DNA of 14,053 nucleotides from a virus. Taxonomy: Duplodnaviria > Heunggongvirae > Uroviricota > Caudoviricetes. The position numbers were made by a program, and so were the translations under genes. The stretch lies in the IMG/VR virus record IMGVR_UViG_2617270944_000005. One strand, 5' to 3'. The notes below the pieces were generated by a model. It made no database searches. It was not told the DNA's origin and saw only the letters and a list, made by a program, of their open reading frames with translations. Positions within the stretch are counted from its first letter, which is position 1, and the number at the start of each line of letters is the position of its first letter. Below are positions 1 to 8,242 of this stretch, piece after piece.

Positions 1-1236
1 CTACGATAACCGCGCATTCAACATGGCTATCTGTTCGTCGTTCATGTCATCAATCCACATACCGTAAATTTCATACACCATCTGCGCAGTTTCATGCCCC
101 ATTTGGCTGGCTATAAATGCCGGGTTCGCTCCTGCCGTCAACAGCCAGCAGGCAAAAGTATGCCGCGTATGGTACGGATTACGGCGGCGAATACCAGCAC
201 GTTTTACTGCTGCATTCCACCTTGCCCCCAAACTGCTTACCGAGTAATAAGGTTTTTGTTTTCCGTTACACACCCTGGGCATGAAAACAAAATGCAGTTT
301 TTGCTTTTCGGTTCTGCCGTACTCCCGATGATAAAAGGTGATTTCGCTTTTGCGATGATGCCCGGTCAGTTTGTATTGCTCCTTCAGTGCTTCAAGAGCA
401 GGCTGCAGTAGTGTTACTGTTCGGATCCCGGCATTTGTTTTTGGGGGACCGAACATATCAAGTATCGTCAGGTTTCTTCTGACATTCACTATTCCCTTTT
501 CGAGATCCACATCCTCCCACGCCAGAGCTGCCAGTTCCCCGTGACGAAGTCCTGAGTAAACGGCAAATTTCCACAAGTTCTGGCTCTGTCCTTTTTCACT
601 TTCCATTAATGCATTGAATTCTGTTTTAGATAACGGATCAGGCTTTATTCTGTTTCGCTGTAATTTTTTTACTCCTTCAAATGGTTTGGTTGATATAAAT
701 CCCGACTGATACGCAAAACGCAACAGCGAACAGAGCAGGGCGATATAGTTATCAACTGTGCGCACGGTTCTTCCTTTTTTGTTGGATCTTGGATTATCCA
801 GGTAAAGCGTTTCTCCATGCAGCAGTTCATTCCGGTAGTTTAAGATATCGCTATAACGAATATGTGATATCGGGGTACTTTCACAAATTATTATTCTGAG
901 TGTTTTTAATTGTGATTTCGTTTTCTTCATTGTGTTTGTTGTTAACTCTGTCTCTTTAATTTTTGTCCAGATATCACAAAGCTCTCCGAACGTTTTTATG
1001 ACTCTCGTTGTCACCATTTTTGCCCCAGTGCTGGACTGGGGAAAACGTCTTAAATACTCAAATTCACCGGAGTTTATTTCATGAACTATCAGCGCTCTTA
1101 AATTTCCGGCCTTTTTAATATTACTGTTTGTAATCTCCCAGCCTTTTAATGTTTCCCGACATCGTTTTCCTCGAAACATGAACCAGATGCGAATGTATCT
1201 ACCTCTAATCTCGACACCTGTTGGTAATTTAGACAT
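1..1236 (-). CDS. intR: Tyrosine recombinase / prophage integrase (Rac IntR-like), 411 aa
   Basis: Complete 411-aa ORF; N-terminus MSKLPTGVEIRGRYIRIWFMFRGKRCRETLKGW matches my recollection of Rac IntR; C-terminal region has the tyrosine recombinase catalytic residue pattern (HxxRHT...Y); stop codon is the first 3 nt of the window. Confidence 0.93.
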   Translation of the reverse strand: MSKLPTGVEIRGRYIRIWFMFRGKRCRETLKGWEITNSNIKKAGNLRALIVHEINSGEFEYLRRFPQSSTGAKMVTTRVIKTFGELCDIWTKIKETELTTNTMKKTKSQLKTLRIIICESTPISHIRYSDILNYRNELLHGETLYLDNPRSNKKGRTVRTVDNYIALLCSLLRFAYQSGFISTKPFEGVKKLQRNRIKPDPLSKTEFNALMESEKGQSQNLWKFAVYSGLRHGELAALAWEDVDLEKGIVNVRRNLTILDMFGPPKTNAGIRTVTLLQPALEALKEQYKLTGHHRKSEITFYHREYGRTEKQKLHFVFMPRVCNGKQKPYYSVSSLGARWNAAVKRAGIRRRNPYHTRHTFACWLLTAGANPAFIASQMGHETAQMVYEIYGMWIDDMNDEQIAMLNARLS

Positions 1237-1237
1237 A

Positions 1238-1453
1238 TCATGAGTCTTTGATAAACTGATTTATCTTTGGATAGTTGTACCAGATAATCCCTCGTTTGCT
1301 GTCTGGCTTACCTAAAGGAGATACTCGTTTGAAGTGGAAGCCCTCCACCCAACAGTTCTGGCGGTATGCTTCAATTTGTCTGGCCCCCAGACCAGTGCGA
1401 AGCATCAGGCCGTATTCAACCATCCACTCTTCATTAAAGATTACTTGTGCCAT
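1238..1453 (-). CDS. xisR: Excisionase-like protein (Rac YdaQ/XisR-like), 71 aa
   Basis: Immediately upstream of int on the same strand; start chosen at [10 protein letters not shown], which has a GAGGTG Shine-Dalgarno 6 nt upstream; the longer 79-aa ORF from 1477 lacks an RBS. Stop is 1 nt from the int start codon. Confidence 0.8.
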   Translation of the reverse strand: MAQVIFNEEWMVEYGLMLRTGLGARQIEAYRQNCWVEGFHFKRVSPLGKPDSKRGIIWYNYPKINQFIKDS

Positions 1454-1531
1454 CGCATCACCTCTGGCAGGCGCCAATGTTAGACTGAAATTGACGCCCG
1501 ATGTTGATTATTAATAATCAGCTATGAAGTT

Positions 1532-1741
1532 TTAATTTGAATACAATGCAATTCTCGAGGACTGAAGTTTCTCGCAATTAAAATTTATCAGTTTTACTTT
1601 CTGCTCTCTGGAAACGCCTGCTTCTTTTTTACCTGAGAGCATTTTTTCGCATTCTGATTTCGTTAGTTTAGATTTTGAATATCTTGTCCAGTTAGTAGGA
1701 GTGCCACCTTCCTTTTCAATAGTGGCGGTAATTTTATACAT
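1532..1741 (-). CDS. ydaC: Small prophage protein YdaC-like (DUF1187-type), 69 aa
   Basis: Start chosen at MYKITATIEKEGG, preceded by a GGAGGTG Shine-Dalgarno; ORF track shows a longer 93-aa version from 1813. Start overlaps the ralR stop by 8 nt. Confidence 0.75.
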   Translation of the reverse strand: MYKITATIEKEGGTPTNWTRYSKSKLTKSECEKMLSGKKEAGVSREQKVKLINFNCEKLQSSRIALYSN

Positions 1742-1928
1742 GAACACCTCCATTATTATTTCCAGTGGTTCGTTTATTCCATCTTTCGAGTGCTTCTTTT
1801 TCACTTCCACCATAACCGGTTCGGGATTCGCATCCGTTACACTTCGCTCGGTAATATCCTGAAATGGCTTTCACCGTTACTGATGGACAACCACAAAATG
1901 GACATGGTTTAACATTGTCATATCTCAT
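1734..1928 (-). CDS. ralR: Restriction alleviation protein Lar / RalR (reported DNase toxin of a type I TA pair), 64 aa
   Basis: Sequence MRYDNVKPCPFCGCPSVTVKAISGYYRAKCNGCESRTGYGG with a CxxC...CxxC pattern matches the Lar/RalR family as I recall it; start taken at MRYDN (no strong SD, so the start is uncertain; in-frame alternatives at 1940 and 1967). Confidence 0.8.
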   Translation of the reverse strand: MRYDNVKPCPFCGCPSVTVKAISGYYRAKCNGCESRTGYGGSEKEALERWNKRTTGNNNGGVHV

Positions 1929-1984
1929 AATTTTTCTCATAAAAAATATTTCAAGTTGGCGGTGCATTACCCCGCCAGGCTGAA

Positions 1985-2794
1985 TTATTCCTCTGAATTA
2001 TCGATTACACTGTATTCCCCGGTTAATACAGAGGAATCTGCAGGATCGATTGTCAGTGGTTCCTTTTCATCCATTGATACTGCACGCTGGATCTCAATTG
2101 ATACGGGCAGATATTTGAACAGGCGACGAATAGCCGTTTTCTTTGCCATTTCTTCCCAGTGAGTTACCCACGGCCCGTTATTACCAGCTTTACTCAGGCT
2201 GCGCACCAGCTCAATCTGTTTGCGCGTCATAACTTCAAACTGAGTACCTCCGTCTTTCAGTCTTGCGACAGCATAGACGTGGGTAACCGGGGCATCTTCG
2301 TTTTCTCCCGGGCGGTGTATTAACTTTTCATCAAGGCCAAATTCGAAGCTAAACTCGTCACCTTCACGGACAACACGGGCTGACAGGCTGGCGATTTGAC
2401 CAGAACGGCGAGCCAGATCAATCATGCCGCGATAGCCAATGATTAGCTGAACGTTCTTTTTACCGCTCTTTTCGTTTTTATTACCAAAAGGCAGTAAATA
2501 TGCATGACCGAGGGCGCTACCTGGCTCAAGTCCGAGCTGTGAACACTGTACGATCGCACTGACAAAACTCATAGTGTCACAGTTTCCTAACGCCGGAACT
2601 TTACGAATTTCTGTGGTGGCGATACGGATCATACGTTCAGCCGTCATATGGCGTGGAAGAGCTGCTGCCAGTTGCTCTTTCATTGATGGCTGGTTAATAA
2701 AACTAATCACGTCGCTATTTTTAACTGCTGCTGGTGCACGGTTTCCCTGAGTTTTTTGCAGATCGGCTTTTGCGATTGGTGGTTGCTTAGTCAT
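1985..2794 (-). CDS. recT: Recombination protein RecT (single-strand annealing protein), 269 aa
   Basis: Starts [24 protein letters not shown], matching RecT; start is the third in-frame ATG of the 288-aa ORF; overlaps the recE stop by 8 nt. Confidence 0.95.
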   Translation of the reverse strand: MTKQPPIAKADLQKTQGNRAPAAVKNSDVISFINQPSMKEQLAAALPRHMTAERMIRIATTEIRKVPALGNCDTMSFVSAIVQCSQLGLEPGSALGHAYLLPFGNKNEKSGKKNVQLIIGYRGMIDLARRSGQIASLSARVVREGDEFSFEFGLDEKLIHRPGENEDAPVTHVYAVARLKDGGTQFEVMTRKQIELVRSLSKAGNNGPWVTHWEEMAKKTAIRRLFKYLPVSIEIQRAVSMDEKEPLTIDPADSSVLTGEYSVIDNSEE

Positions 2795-5387
2795 TTGCAT
2801 ATTCCTTAGCCCAGCGGGGCAGTGATAATGTCTTAATAGCTGGCCATTCATCGGTATTCAGGCAGTCAGACAGGGTTCGCAGATTGCGGTGATATTCCTG
2901 TTGACCTGCCAGTTTTGCTTCTTCGCCCATCATGAAAATTTCAACCGGATAACGTCCGCATTCAATAGTTGTGCTGGCAACCAGAAAAACGAAAGTTGGC
3001 TGCACTCCAAACTGTGCTTCATAACCGTCACTGTAGAACGCATCCTGAACGTGATAGCGGTAGTCGTAATAAGCGGTTTTGAATCGTTGAATATCCGCCG
3101 TAGTTTTCACGTCCATGATCCAGTGAAATTCAGGGATAATTTTGTCCGGACGGCACCGACACAAAATTCCTGTTTCAGGATCTTCCCAGTAAATTGATGA
3201 TTCAGCGTGTCCGGCGCTTTCAACAAGCCATTGCCCCAGCGGCAAAGCCATAACGCTTTGATACATGAGTTCAATTTTCCGGCCTTCTTCCGCAGTGATA
3301 ACCGTTTTTCCTGTGCTTGCGCATTCCATCAGAAACGCTTTCTCTTCTTCTTTTCCGGCGTTTGTACGGCGGTTAAATTCAGGTGCTACGATAAAGCGGT
3401 TACTGAATTCTTCCGGTTCAAGTACCCGGCAGTGGAAAGCAGTTCCTAAATCGAGCGTTTTTGTCTTTGTGGTGTCCACGGGGGCATTTTTACGCCACAA
3501 ATATAGTGCCGGAGTATCAGCAATGTCATCGAGCTGAGACTTACTGATACCGGGACCCGCGTGGTAATTCTCATTCGAAATTCCGTAATAAATACCTGGC
3601 TCTATGTCTTCTACGATTACGGGATCTGCGACTTCGCCAGTTTCATCACTGCAATCGCGATGCGGATCGCTGCCAGCATTCTCATTGTGCGGATGTTCAG
3701 CGCCTTCCATTTCCTCCGGATCATTTTCCTTAGCTTCAACCTGACTCTCTTCATCGAATGTTTCCTGGTATGTTGCGTCGCCCATCACCGCACCACAGTC
3801 AGGGCAGTTATCCCCGCCAGTCTGGCCGCAGGCATTGCAGGCTATTTCCGGTTCCTGTTGCACTACTGGCTCAGGTTGATTCATATCTGGGCTGGTTTTT
3901 TCCGTTTCTGGCTGGTTCTGGTACACACAATCGCGAGTCTGGATCCCCTTTACCCATTTCGGATCGTTCGGGTCGCTAATTCCGTCAACAAATTCACCAC
4001 GTGATGCAGCAAGCAATTTATCGGCATCGACAGGATTTTTTGATGGAATGTTTTTCCGGGCTTCATGGAGTTCTGCCCGCAGTTCCTGATATTTCGCATC
4101 AACAGAATTTACCTGTGACTGAGCATCCAGCGGCTGCGTGTCCTGATGATGTTCAGTTGCGTCCGGTTCCATTGTTTCAGCCTCTCCCTGTTCAACTGCC
4201 GTTGTTCCAGATGGTTGCGGTTTTTCTTCATCATCCTGTTTTCCTTCTTCTGTTACTCGCTGCGGCATCGGGGCAGAGGAGCGACCGCAGGCAATATCCA
4301 CGATTTCCGGATCAGGGTTGGCATGATCGGTTTCAGTCAGTACTTTGTTCAGATATTCAGTGACGTGCGCGGGGATGACCTCGATCCCAATTGGTGCTTC
4401 TTTTACGGACGCAACCACGATGGCGCGGGAATAATCCAGCCCGCCAGGCATGGTGATGAATTTGTCGCGGAAAACAGAAAAGGGCGGTTTATTTTCAGCG
4501 ATAATTTCCTCAATGCGTTTAGCGTGTGCCGGATGAAGGTTATAGATGTCCAGATCCATTGAACGGGCCAGTACGCCAGTGGCTACGTCGCGCGCCAGTG
4601 ACGTCAGATCGTGTACGAAACCTTCGCCGCGATCGGTGAGGTTTCCGCCGCCAGCATTAGCACCGGAAGCCGTGCAAGTGATGTGTGAAACACGATTACC
4701 CTTCATCCACTCTTTTGTCAGCAGTCCTCGATCGGTGTAGTCAGCGTTCAGGTATGCTTCGAAAAAAGCAGTTATCAGTCCCAGGTTTGAATTACCAGGA
4801 TTAGGGAAAACTTTGTCAGTGTCACGAACCAGTTTGTGGAGTTCGCGAATTTCCAGCGGGTCGAGCAGGCTGGTTTTGTGGGAAACAGCCAGGGCAGTAA
4901 CAGCCGGTAGTTCTTCAGCCCGAGCAATGTGTAATGCCTGGAGTCCGTCGCGTGAAACGTGCGTTACCGGTTTTTCGCTGCCGTGTTGAGCAAGCCAACG
5001 AATGGGCAGTTCCTGGCCAGAAATTGGGAGTAGCATATTCTCCTCAATCTCAGTCATGTCTTCGCCGTTGACGTTGGTATTGCCTTGATAGTGAGCGTTG
5101 TCTGGTGCTGCTCCCGGTTTTAGTTCCCATGTCATGGAGTCTTTGCTGAGTTGATAGCGTTCACTCCAGGTAAAATCGATCTCACCTTCAGCGGGCAGGT
5201 CATTAACGACAGGAAAATTCGTGGCAACAGCTTTAAAATAGCTGCTCAGTTTTTTACCTGACTTAACGATCAGGTAGTCCAGAGTGGCACAGGTCGATTC
5301 AAAATCGTTGCTTGCCCACAGGACGACGTCAGGTTCACCGGATGATTTTTTCGCTTTCCGTAACAGGAAGAGTGGTTTTGTGCTCAT
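2787..5387 (-). CDS. recE: Exodeoxyribonuclease VIII (RecE), 866 aa
   Basis: 866-aa ORF starting [24 protein letters not shown]; acidic low-complexity central region and a conserved C-terminal nuclease part; directly upstream of recT as in the Rac recET operon. Confidence 0.95.
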   Translation of the reverse strand: MSTKPLFLLRKAKKSSGEPDVVLWASNDFESTCATLDYLIVKSGKKLSSYFKAVATNFPVVNDLPAEGEIDFTWSERYQLSKDSMTWELKPGAAPDNAHYQGNTNVNGEDMTEIEENMLLPISGQELPIRWLAQHGSEKPVTHVSRDGLQALHIARAEELPAVTALAVSHKTSLLDPLEIRELHKLVRDTDKVFPNPGNSNLGLITAFFEAYLNADYTDRGLLTKEWMKGNRVSHITCTASGANAGGGNLTDRGEGFVHDLTSLARDVATGVLARSMDLDIYNLHPAHAKRIEEIIAENKPPFSVFRDKFITMPGGLDYSRAIVVASVKEAPIGIEVIPAHVTEYLNKVLTETDHANPDPEIVDIACGRSSAPMPQRVTEEGKQDDEEKPQPSGTTAVEQGEAETMEPDATEHHQDTQPLDAQSQVNSVDAKYQELRAELHEARKNIPSKNPVDADKLLAASRGEFVDGISDPNDPKWVKGIQTRDCVYQNQPETEKTSPDMNQPEPVVQQEPEIACNACGQTGGDNCPDCGAVMGDATYQETFDEESQVEAKENDPEEMEGAEHPHNENAGSDPHRDCSDETGEVADPVIVEDIEPGIYYGISNENYHAGPGISKSQLDDIADTPALYLWRKNAPVDTTKTKTLDLGTAFHCRVLEPEEFSNRFIVAPEFNRRTNAGKEEEKAFLMECASTGKTVITAEEGRKIELMYQSVMALPLGQWLVESAGHAESSIYWEDPETGILCRCRPDKIIPEFHWIMDVKTTADIQRFKTAYYDYRYHVQDAFYSDGYEAQFGVQPTFVFLVASTTIECGRYPVEIFMMGEEAKLAGQQEYHRNLRTLSDCLNTDEWPAIKTLSLPRWAKEYAND

Positions 5388-5458
5388 TGTTTTTTAACCT
5401 CAACTCAGATTAAAATTCGTTTTGTTCAGTGAATGATCTTGCCGGATACACACTGTTC

Positions 5459-5483
5459 ATAGCCTGCGCCATACGCAGGCTAT
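5459..5483 (-). terminator. Perfect 10-bp stem / 5-nt loop hairpin at the racC-recE junction (possible terminator or RNA structure)
   Basis: ATAGCCTGCG-ccata-CGCAGGCTAT read directly from the sequence; lies 6 nt downstream of the racC stop on the minus strand. The T-rich run (TTCTTTCAGATTT) follows it on the plus strand, not the minus strand, so canonical intrinsic termination of the racC transcript is not supported. Confidence 0.35.
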
Positions 5484-5488
5484 TTCTT

Positions 5489-5764
5489 TCAGATTTCACC
5501 TTTTAATTTCATTGCAATTAGAGTTGCCAGAAATTCGGCTTTTTTTTCTGCGGGCAGATTCTTTCCGATATGCACCAGGCACATTTTTTTGACACCTTCA
5601 TCAAGTGTTTTTACGTTGCCTGATGGACCATCGATATCAACCACAGTGAATGGGGTTTCTTTATTTTCTGTTTTAATTACGTAGCCAATGCGCTTTCCTT
5701 CCAGATTCACCTCGTGAACAATGTCATCGGTAGTTACAACAGTGGCTTCATAATTGGTAATCAT
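5489..5764 (-). CDS. racC: Rac prophage protein RacC-like, 91 aa
   Basis: Start at MITNYEATVVTTDDIV with an AAGGAG Shine-Dalgarno upstream; located immediately upstream of recE as in Rac. Confidence 0.8.
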   Translation of the reverse strand: MITNYEATVVTTDDIVHEVNLEGKRIGYVIKTENKETPFTVVDIDGPSGNVKTLDEGVKKMCLVHIGKNLPAEKKAEFLATLIAMKLKGEI

Positions 5765-5838
5765 GTTTTTCTCCTTAATTAAGGTTGAGCGAATACCTGC
5801 CATTTCTGGCATAAATTCAGTTTCGAATAGTCAATTAA

Positions 5839-6009
5839 TTAAAGTTCATGTGCCATCTGGTCTTTTTCGGCACAAGCTTCACTGCAATATTTTCTCGGTT
5901 CGTCTTTTGATAAAATCCCGTGCATGAAGTGAAGCATTCTTTCAATAGCTTTGCTTTCTTCAACGTCTTTTTTGCAAAGGTGGTAAGCACATTTTATTTT
6001 CTTAGTCAT
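5839..6009 (-). CDS. ydaE: Small zinc-ribbon-like protein YdaE-like, 56 aa (absent from the ORF track because under 60 aa)
   Basis: Translated by hand from the minus strand: [56 protein letters not shown]; four Cys as CxxxxC...CxxxC; start ATG overlaps the kilR stop (TGATG). An in-frame ATG two codons upstream (6015) has GGAG 5 nt upstream and is an alternative start. Confidence 0.7.
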   Translation of the reverse strand: MTKKIKCAYHLCKKDVEESKAIERMLHFMHGILSKDEPRKYCSEACAEKDQMAHEL

Positions 6010-6230
6010 CACCATGACTCCGCCTTTACAGGTAAACCATCACGACCGAGGAAGACTTTAATCATGCGGTCAGTAATGAATGTTTTTGTGGTCAGGTTAC
6101 GAATATATAGTTTTCGCTTTTTAATATTGTTTGCCGAGGCAATATATGTCCGGCCTTCATGAAGAACATAATCGCCAGGAGTCACACACTGACGTGGTAT
6201 TTCATCAGTTCCGAAGTGATGTGCAATCAT
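6009..6230 (-). CDS. kilR: Killing protein KilR (cell-division inhibitor), 73 aa
   Basis: [35 protein letters not shown] matches KilR as I recall it; GGAG 8 nt upstream of the chosen ATG; ORF track shows a 77-aa version starting 4 codons earlier. Confidence 0.85.
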
Positions 6231-6671
6231 AATTATCTCCATTTTTACAAATGAACTTTGTTGATGCGGTGTCTGGTGCCTCCAGGTGACTGCAACCAGT
6301 TAACAATTACAGTCGGCTTTCCCACCCAAACCAATAAGGACTAACATGACTTTTAACTGTGCCACGTGCGCTTAGCCGCATTCACCGCATCACAAAATTC
6401 ACTTTAAAAAGGGCGGACATCAGCCGAACTTCAAGAAAAAAACTGATGCCGCCAGGACTACACACAGCAATGTCGTTATTTACAACCGGAGGCGCACTCC
6501 CTCCATTTAAATTTAACAGACAAGACCGACTCTTTATGGATATCGGAAATGCGCCTTCGTGTTGTGCCCGGTTTTATTTCACCACCTCCGGGCTTCGGTG
6601 GTCTCGGCTATACCCCTACAGCGAGAGCTTGTGTTAACATTTCAATACCCTTACAGTTGAGAGTTATTGAT

Positions 6672-7160
6672 ATGTTGGATGTATTTACTCCATTGTTGAA
6701 ACTTTTTGCTAACGAGCCACTCGAAAGACTTATGTATACGATTATCATTTTTGGTCTCACTCTCTGGCTGATACCGAAAGAGTTTACTGTCGCATTCAAT
6801 GCTTATACTGAAATACCTTGGCTCTTTCAGATTATCGTTTTTGCCTTTTCTTTCGTGGTCGCCATTTCCTTCTCAAGATTGCGAGCACATATTCAAAAGC
6901 ATTATTCATTACTACCAGAGCAACGAGTATTGCTTCGTTTATCTGAGAAAGAAATCGCTGTATTTAAAGATTTCCTTAAAACAGGAAATCTTATTATCAC
7001 TTCTCCTTGCCGTAACCCGGTTATGAAAAAATTAGAACGGAAGGGCATCATTCAACATCAGAGTGATAGCGCAAACTGTTCTTATTATCTCGTCACCGAA
7101 AAATACTCCCATTTTATGAAGTTATTCTGGAACAGCAGGAGTAGACGTTTTAATCGTTAG
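6672..7160 (+). CDS. sieB: Superinfection exclusion protein B (SieB), 162 aa, membrane protein
   Basis: MLDVFTPLLKLFANEPLERLMYTIIIFGLTLWLIPKEF with hydrophobic segments; the 203-aa ORF in the track starts upstream, but the start is placed at MLDVF to match the 162-aa SieB length I recall. Confidence 0.88.
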   Translation: MLDVFTPLLKLFANEPLERLMYTIIIFGLTLWLIPKEFTVAFNAYTEIPWLFQIIVFAFSFVVAISFSRLRAHIQKHYSLLPEQRVLLRLSEKEIAVFKDFLKTGNLIITSPCRNPVMKKLERKGIIQHQSDSANCSYYLVTEKYSHFMKLFWNSRSRRFNR

Positions 7161-7312
7161 CTTACTGTGTGCTTCTCCAACCATCGGCGCGCACCAGTTT
7201 CGGTTTTAAATGTTTTGCTTTTGGTATACGTCATGGCAGTGAACGTTCCATCCTGGTTGGGGAACACGCCGCACACCAGGGATTCGTTGTTGCCGAGGTC
7301 GATTTTTTGCAT
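7157..7312 (-). CDS. ydaF: Small prophage protein YdaF-like, 51 aa
   Basis: Hand translation of the minus strand: MQKIDLGNNESLVCGVFPNQDGTFTAMTYTKSKTFKTETGARRWLEKHTVS; 3' end overlaps the sieB 3' end convergently by 4 nt; position matches Rac ydaF between sieB and racR. Not in the ORF track (under 60 aa). Confidence 0.6.
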   Translation of the reverse strand: MQKIDLGNNESLVCGVFPNQDGTFTAMTYTKSKTFKTETGARRWLEKHTVS

Positions 7313-7322
7313 TTTGCGAATC

Positions 7323-7457
7323 TCACATCTTGTTGCTACGTATAGCGACTTCTGCCTGCCAGAGATCCCAGTCGTTGCTGCGTAAAGCCTGCACAGCCTG
7401 GTTGTAAGTGATACCGCAACAATCCATCAAATACTGAACTACTTCGTAATGCACCAT
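7323..7457 (-). CDS. ydaG: Small prophage protein YdaG-like, 44 aa
   Basis: Hand translation: MVHYEVVQYLMDCCGITYNQAVQALRSNDWDLWQAEVAIRSNKM; GGGGAGAG Shine-Dalgarno-like sequence 6-8 nt upstream; size and position match Rac ydaG. Confidence 0.55.
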   Translation of the reverse strand: MVHYEVVQYLMDCCGITYNQAVQALRSNDWDLWQAEVAIRSNKM

Positions 7458-7623
7458 CTTATCTCTCCCCTTAACGCCGGGTGGCGGAACTAACTGCTGC
7501 ACTGCAAAATTTGAATCCCGCCGTCATGTTCTTACGCCTCGGGCTGGCTACTTAACCCCTGACCACTGCCTGGTAACTCGAAGTATTGCCCTGCATTCTG
7601 TGGGGCGGGGTGGGTGGCAGGCA

Positions 7624-7671
7624 TATAATGTACTTTGTGTTCATTGTTGTAAAGTACATTTAGTACATTTT
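7624..7671. promoter_or_regulatory. Candidate leftward operator/promoter (OL-like): 10-bp inverted repeat AATGTACTTT / AAAGTACATT plus a third AGTACATTT copy
   Basis: Read directly: AATGTACTTT at 7627-7636 and its exact reverse complement at 7651-7660, 14 bp apart, with another AGTACATTT at 7662-7670; plus-strand TATAAT at 7624-7629; possible minus-strand -35 TTTACA (7648-7653) and -10 CATTAT (7625-7630) for leftward transcription toward ydaG. Confidence 0.4.
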
Positions 7672-7743
7672 ATGTGTAAAAAAATGAGATGGGATAAAGT
7701 GAAGCACAAACCCGGAGGAAGGCGCTACCGGATTTATGCTGGT

Positions 7744-8163
7744 TTAAGAGGCTTTTTGTTTTTTCTTTCGTGCTAACTCTTCGTAAATTGCATTGTACTT
7801 CTGTTTTTTCTCTTCAAGAGTTTTTAAAAGTTCATCTGTCTCACTGTCAGGGAGCTCGTCCAGAAGGTCAATGATGATTTTTTGTCTTGGATTTAACTCC
7901 TGATAGAAACGTACCTGTCCACTTTCTTCTGTATCCTCTCCCAAAAGATAGGTTGGTGTTGTTCCTATTAGTGTTGCTAATTCCCTTAATTTCTCCCGGC
8001 GAGGAATTGTTTCGCCATTAAACCATTTGCTAACCGCTTTTGGTGTTAATTTCATTCGACGGGCAATTTCTGCCTGCCTTCCATGTTGTTCATAACCAGC
8101 GTTTTCACAGGCTAGCGCAAGCCTACTGGCGAACTCTTTACGCGCTTTATCTTCATGAACCAT
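7744..8163 (-). CDS. racR: Prophage repressor, XRE-family HTH (RacR-like, cI analogue), 139 aa
   Basis: HTH region QAEIARRMKLTPKAVSKWFNGETIPRREKLRELATLIG; divergent from the cro-like ydaS; no alternative standard start upstream in frame before a stop. Confidence 0.85.
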   Translation of the reverse strand: MVHEDKARKEFASRLALACENAGYEQHGRQAEIARRMKLTPKAVSKWFNGETIPRREKLRELATLIGTTPTYLLGEDTEESGQVRFYQELNPRQKIIIDLLDELPDSETDELLKTLEEKKQKYNAIYEELARKKKQKAS

Positions 8164-8183
8164 AAGTTCAATGATATTCGCTC

Positions 8184-8218
8184 TTGAATGTACTGTCAGT
8201 TCTGTTATAGCATGTACT
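8184..8218. promoter_or_regulatory. Candidate rightward operator/promoter (OR-like) in the racR-ydaS divergent intergenic region
   Basis: Two copies of the same AATGTACT / ATGTACT motif seen at the OL-like site (8187-8194 and 8212-8218, 24-25 bp apart), overlapping a plausible -35 TTGAAT (8184-8189) and -10 TATAGC (8207-8212) for ydaS. Confidence 0.45.
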
Positions 8219-8242
8219 CAAAGTTCACATTGTGAGGGTGAT

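Noticed and set aside
94-411. 105-aa plus-strand ORF inside the integrase gene
   Set aside because: Antisense to the intact integrase CDS; no independent support.
2889-4740. Series of plus-strand ORFs (102, 80, 90, 147, 73, 120, 138, 64 aa) antisense to recE
   Set aside because: All lie entirely within the well-supported 866-aa recE coding sequence on the opposite strand, lack ribosome-binding sites, and have odd composition (Phe/Cys/Arg-rich); they are typical antisense shadow ORFs.
6359-6671. 92-aa ORF and the 5' extension of the sieB ORF (track start 6549)
   Set aside because: Composition is not protein-like, there is no RBS, and the sieB start at 6672 gives the expected 162-aa product; the upstream in-frame extension is more likely leader sequence.
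7167-7385. 72-aa plus-strand ORF
   Set aside because: Overlaps ydaF and ydaG on the opposite strand, which have better size and position support; no RBS.
7500-7545. tRNA-like T-arm resemblance (TTTGAATCCCGCC) and boxA-like TGTTCTTAC
   Set aside because: No acceptor stem or anticodon arm can be built around it, and the boxA-like match is imperfect and on the wrong strand for the leftward operon; judged to be chance.
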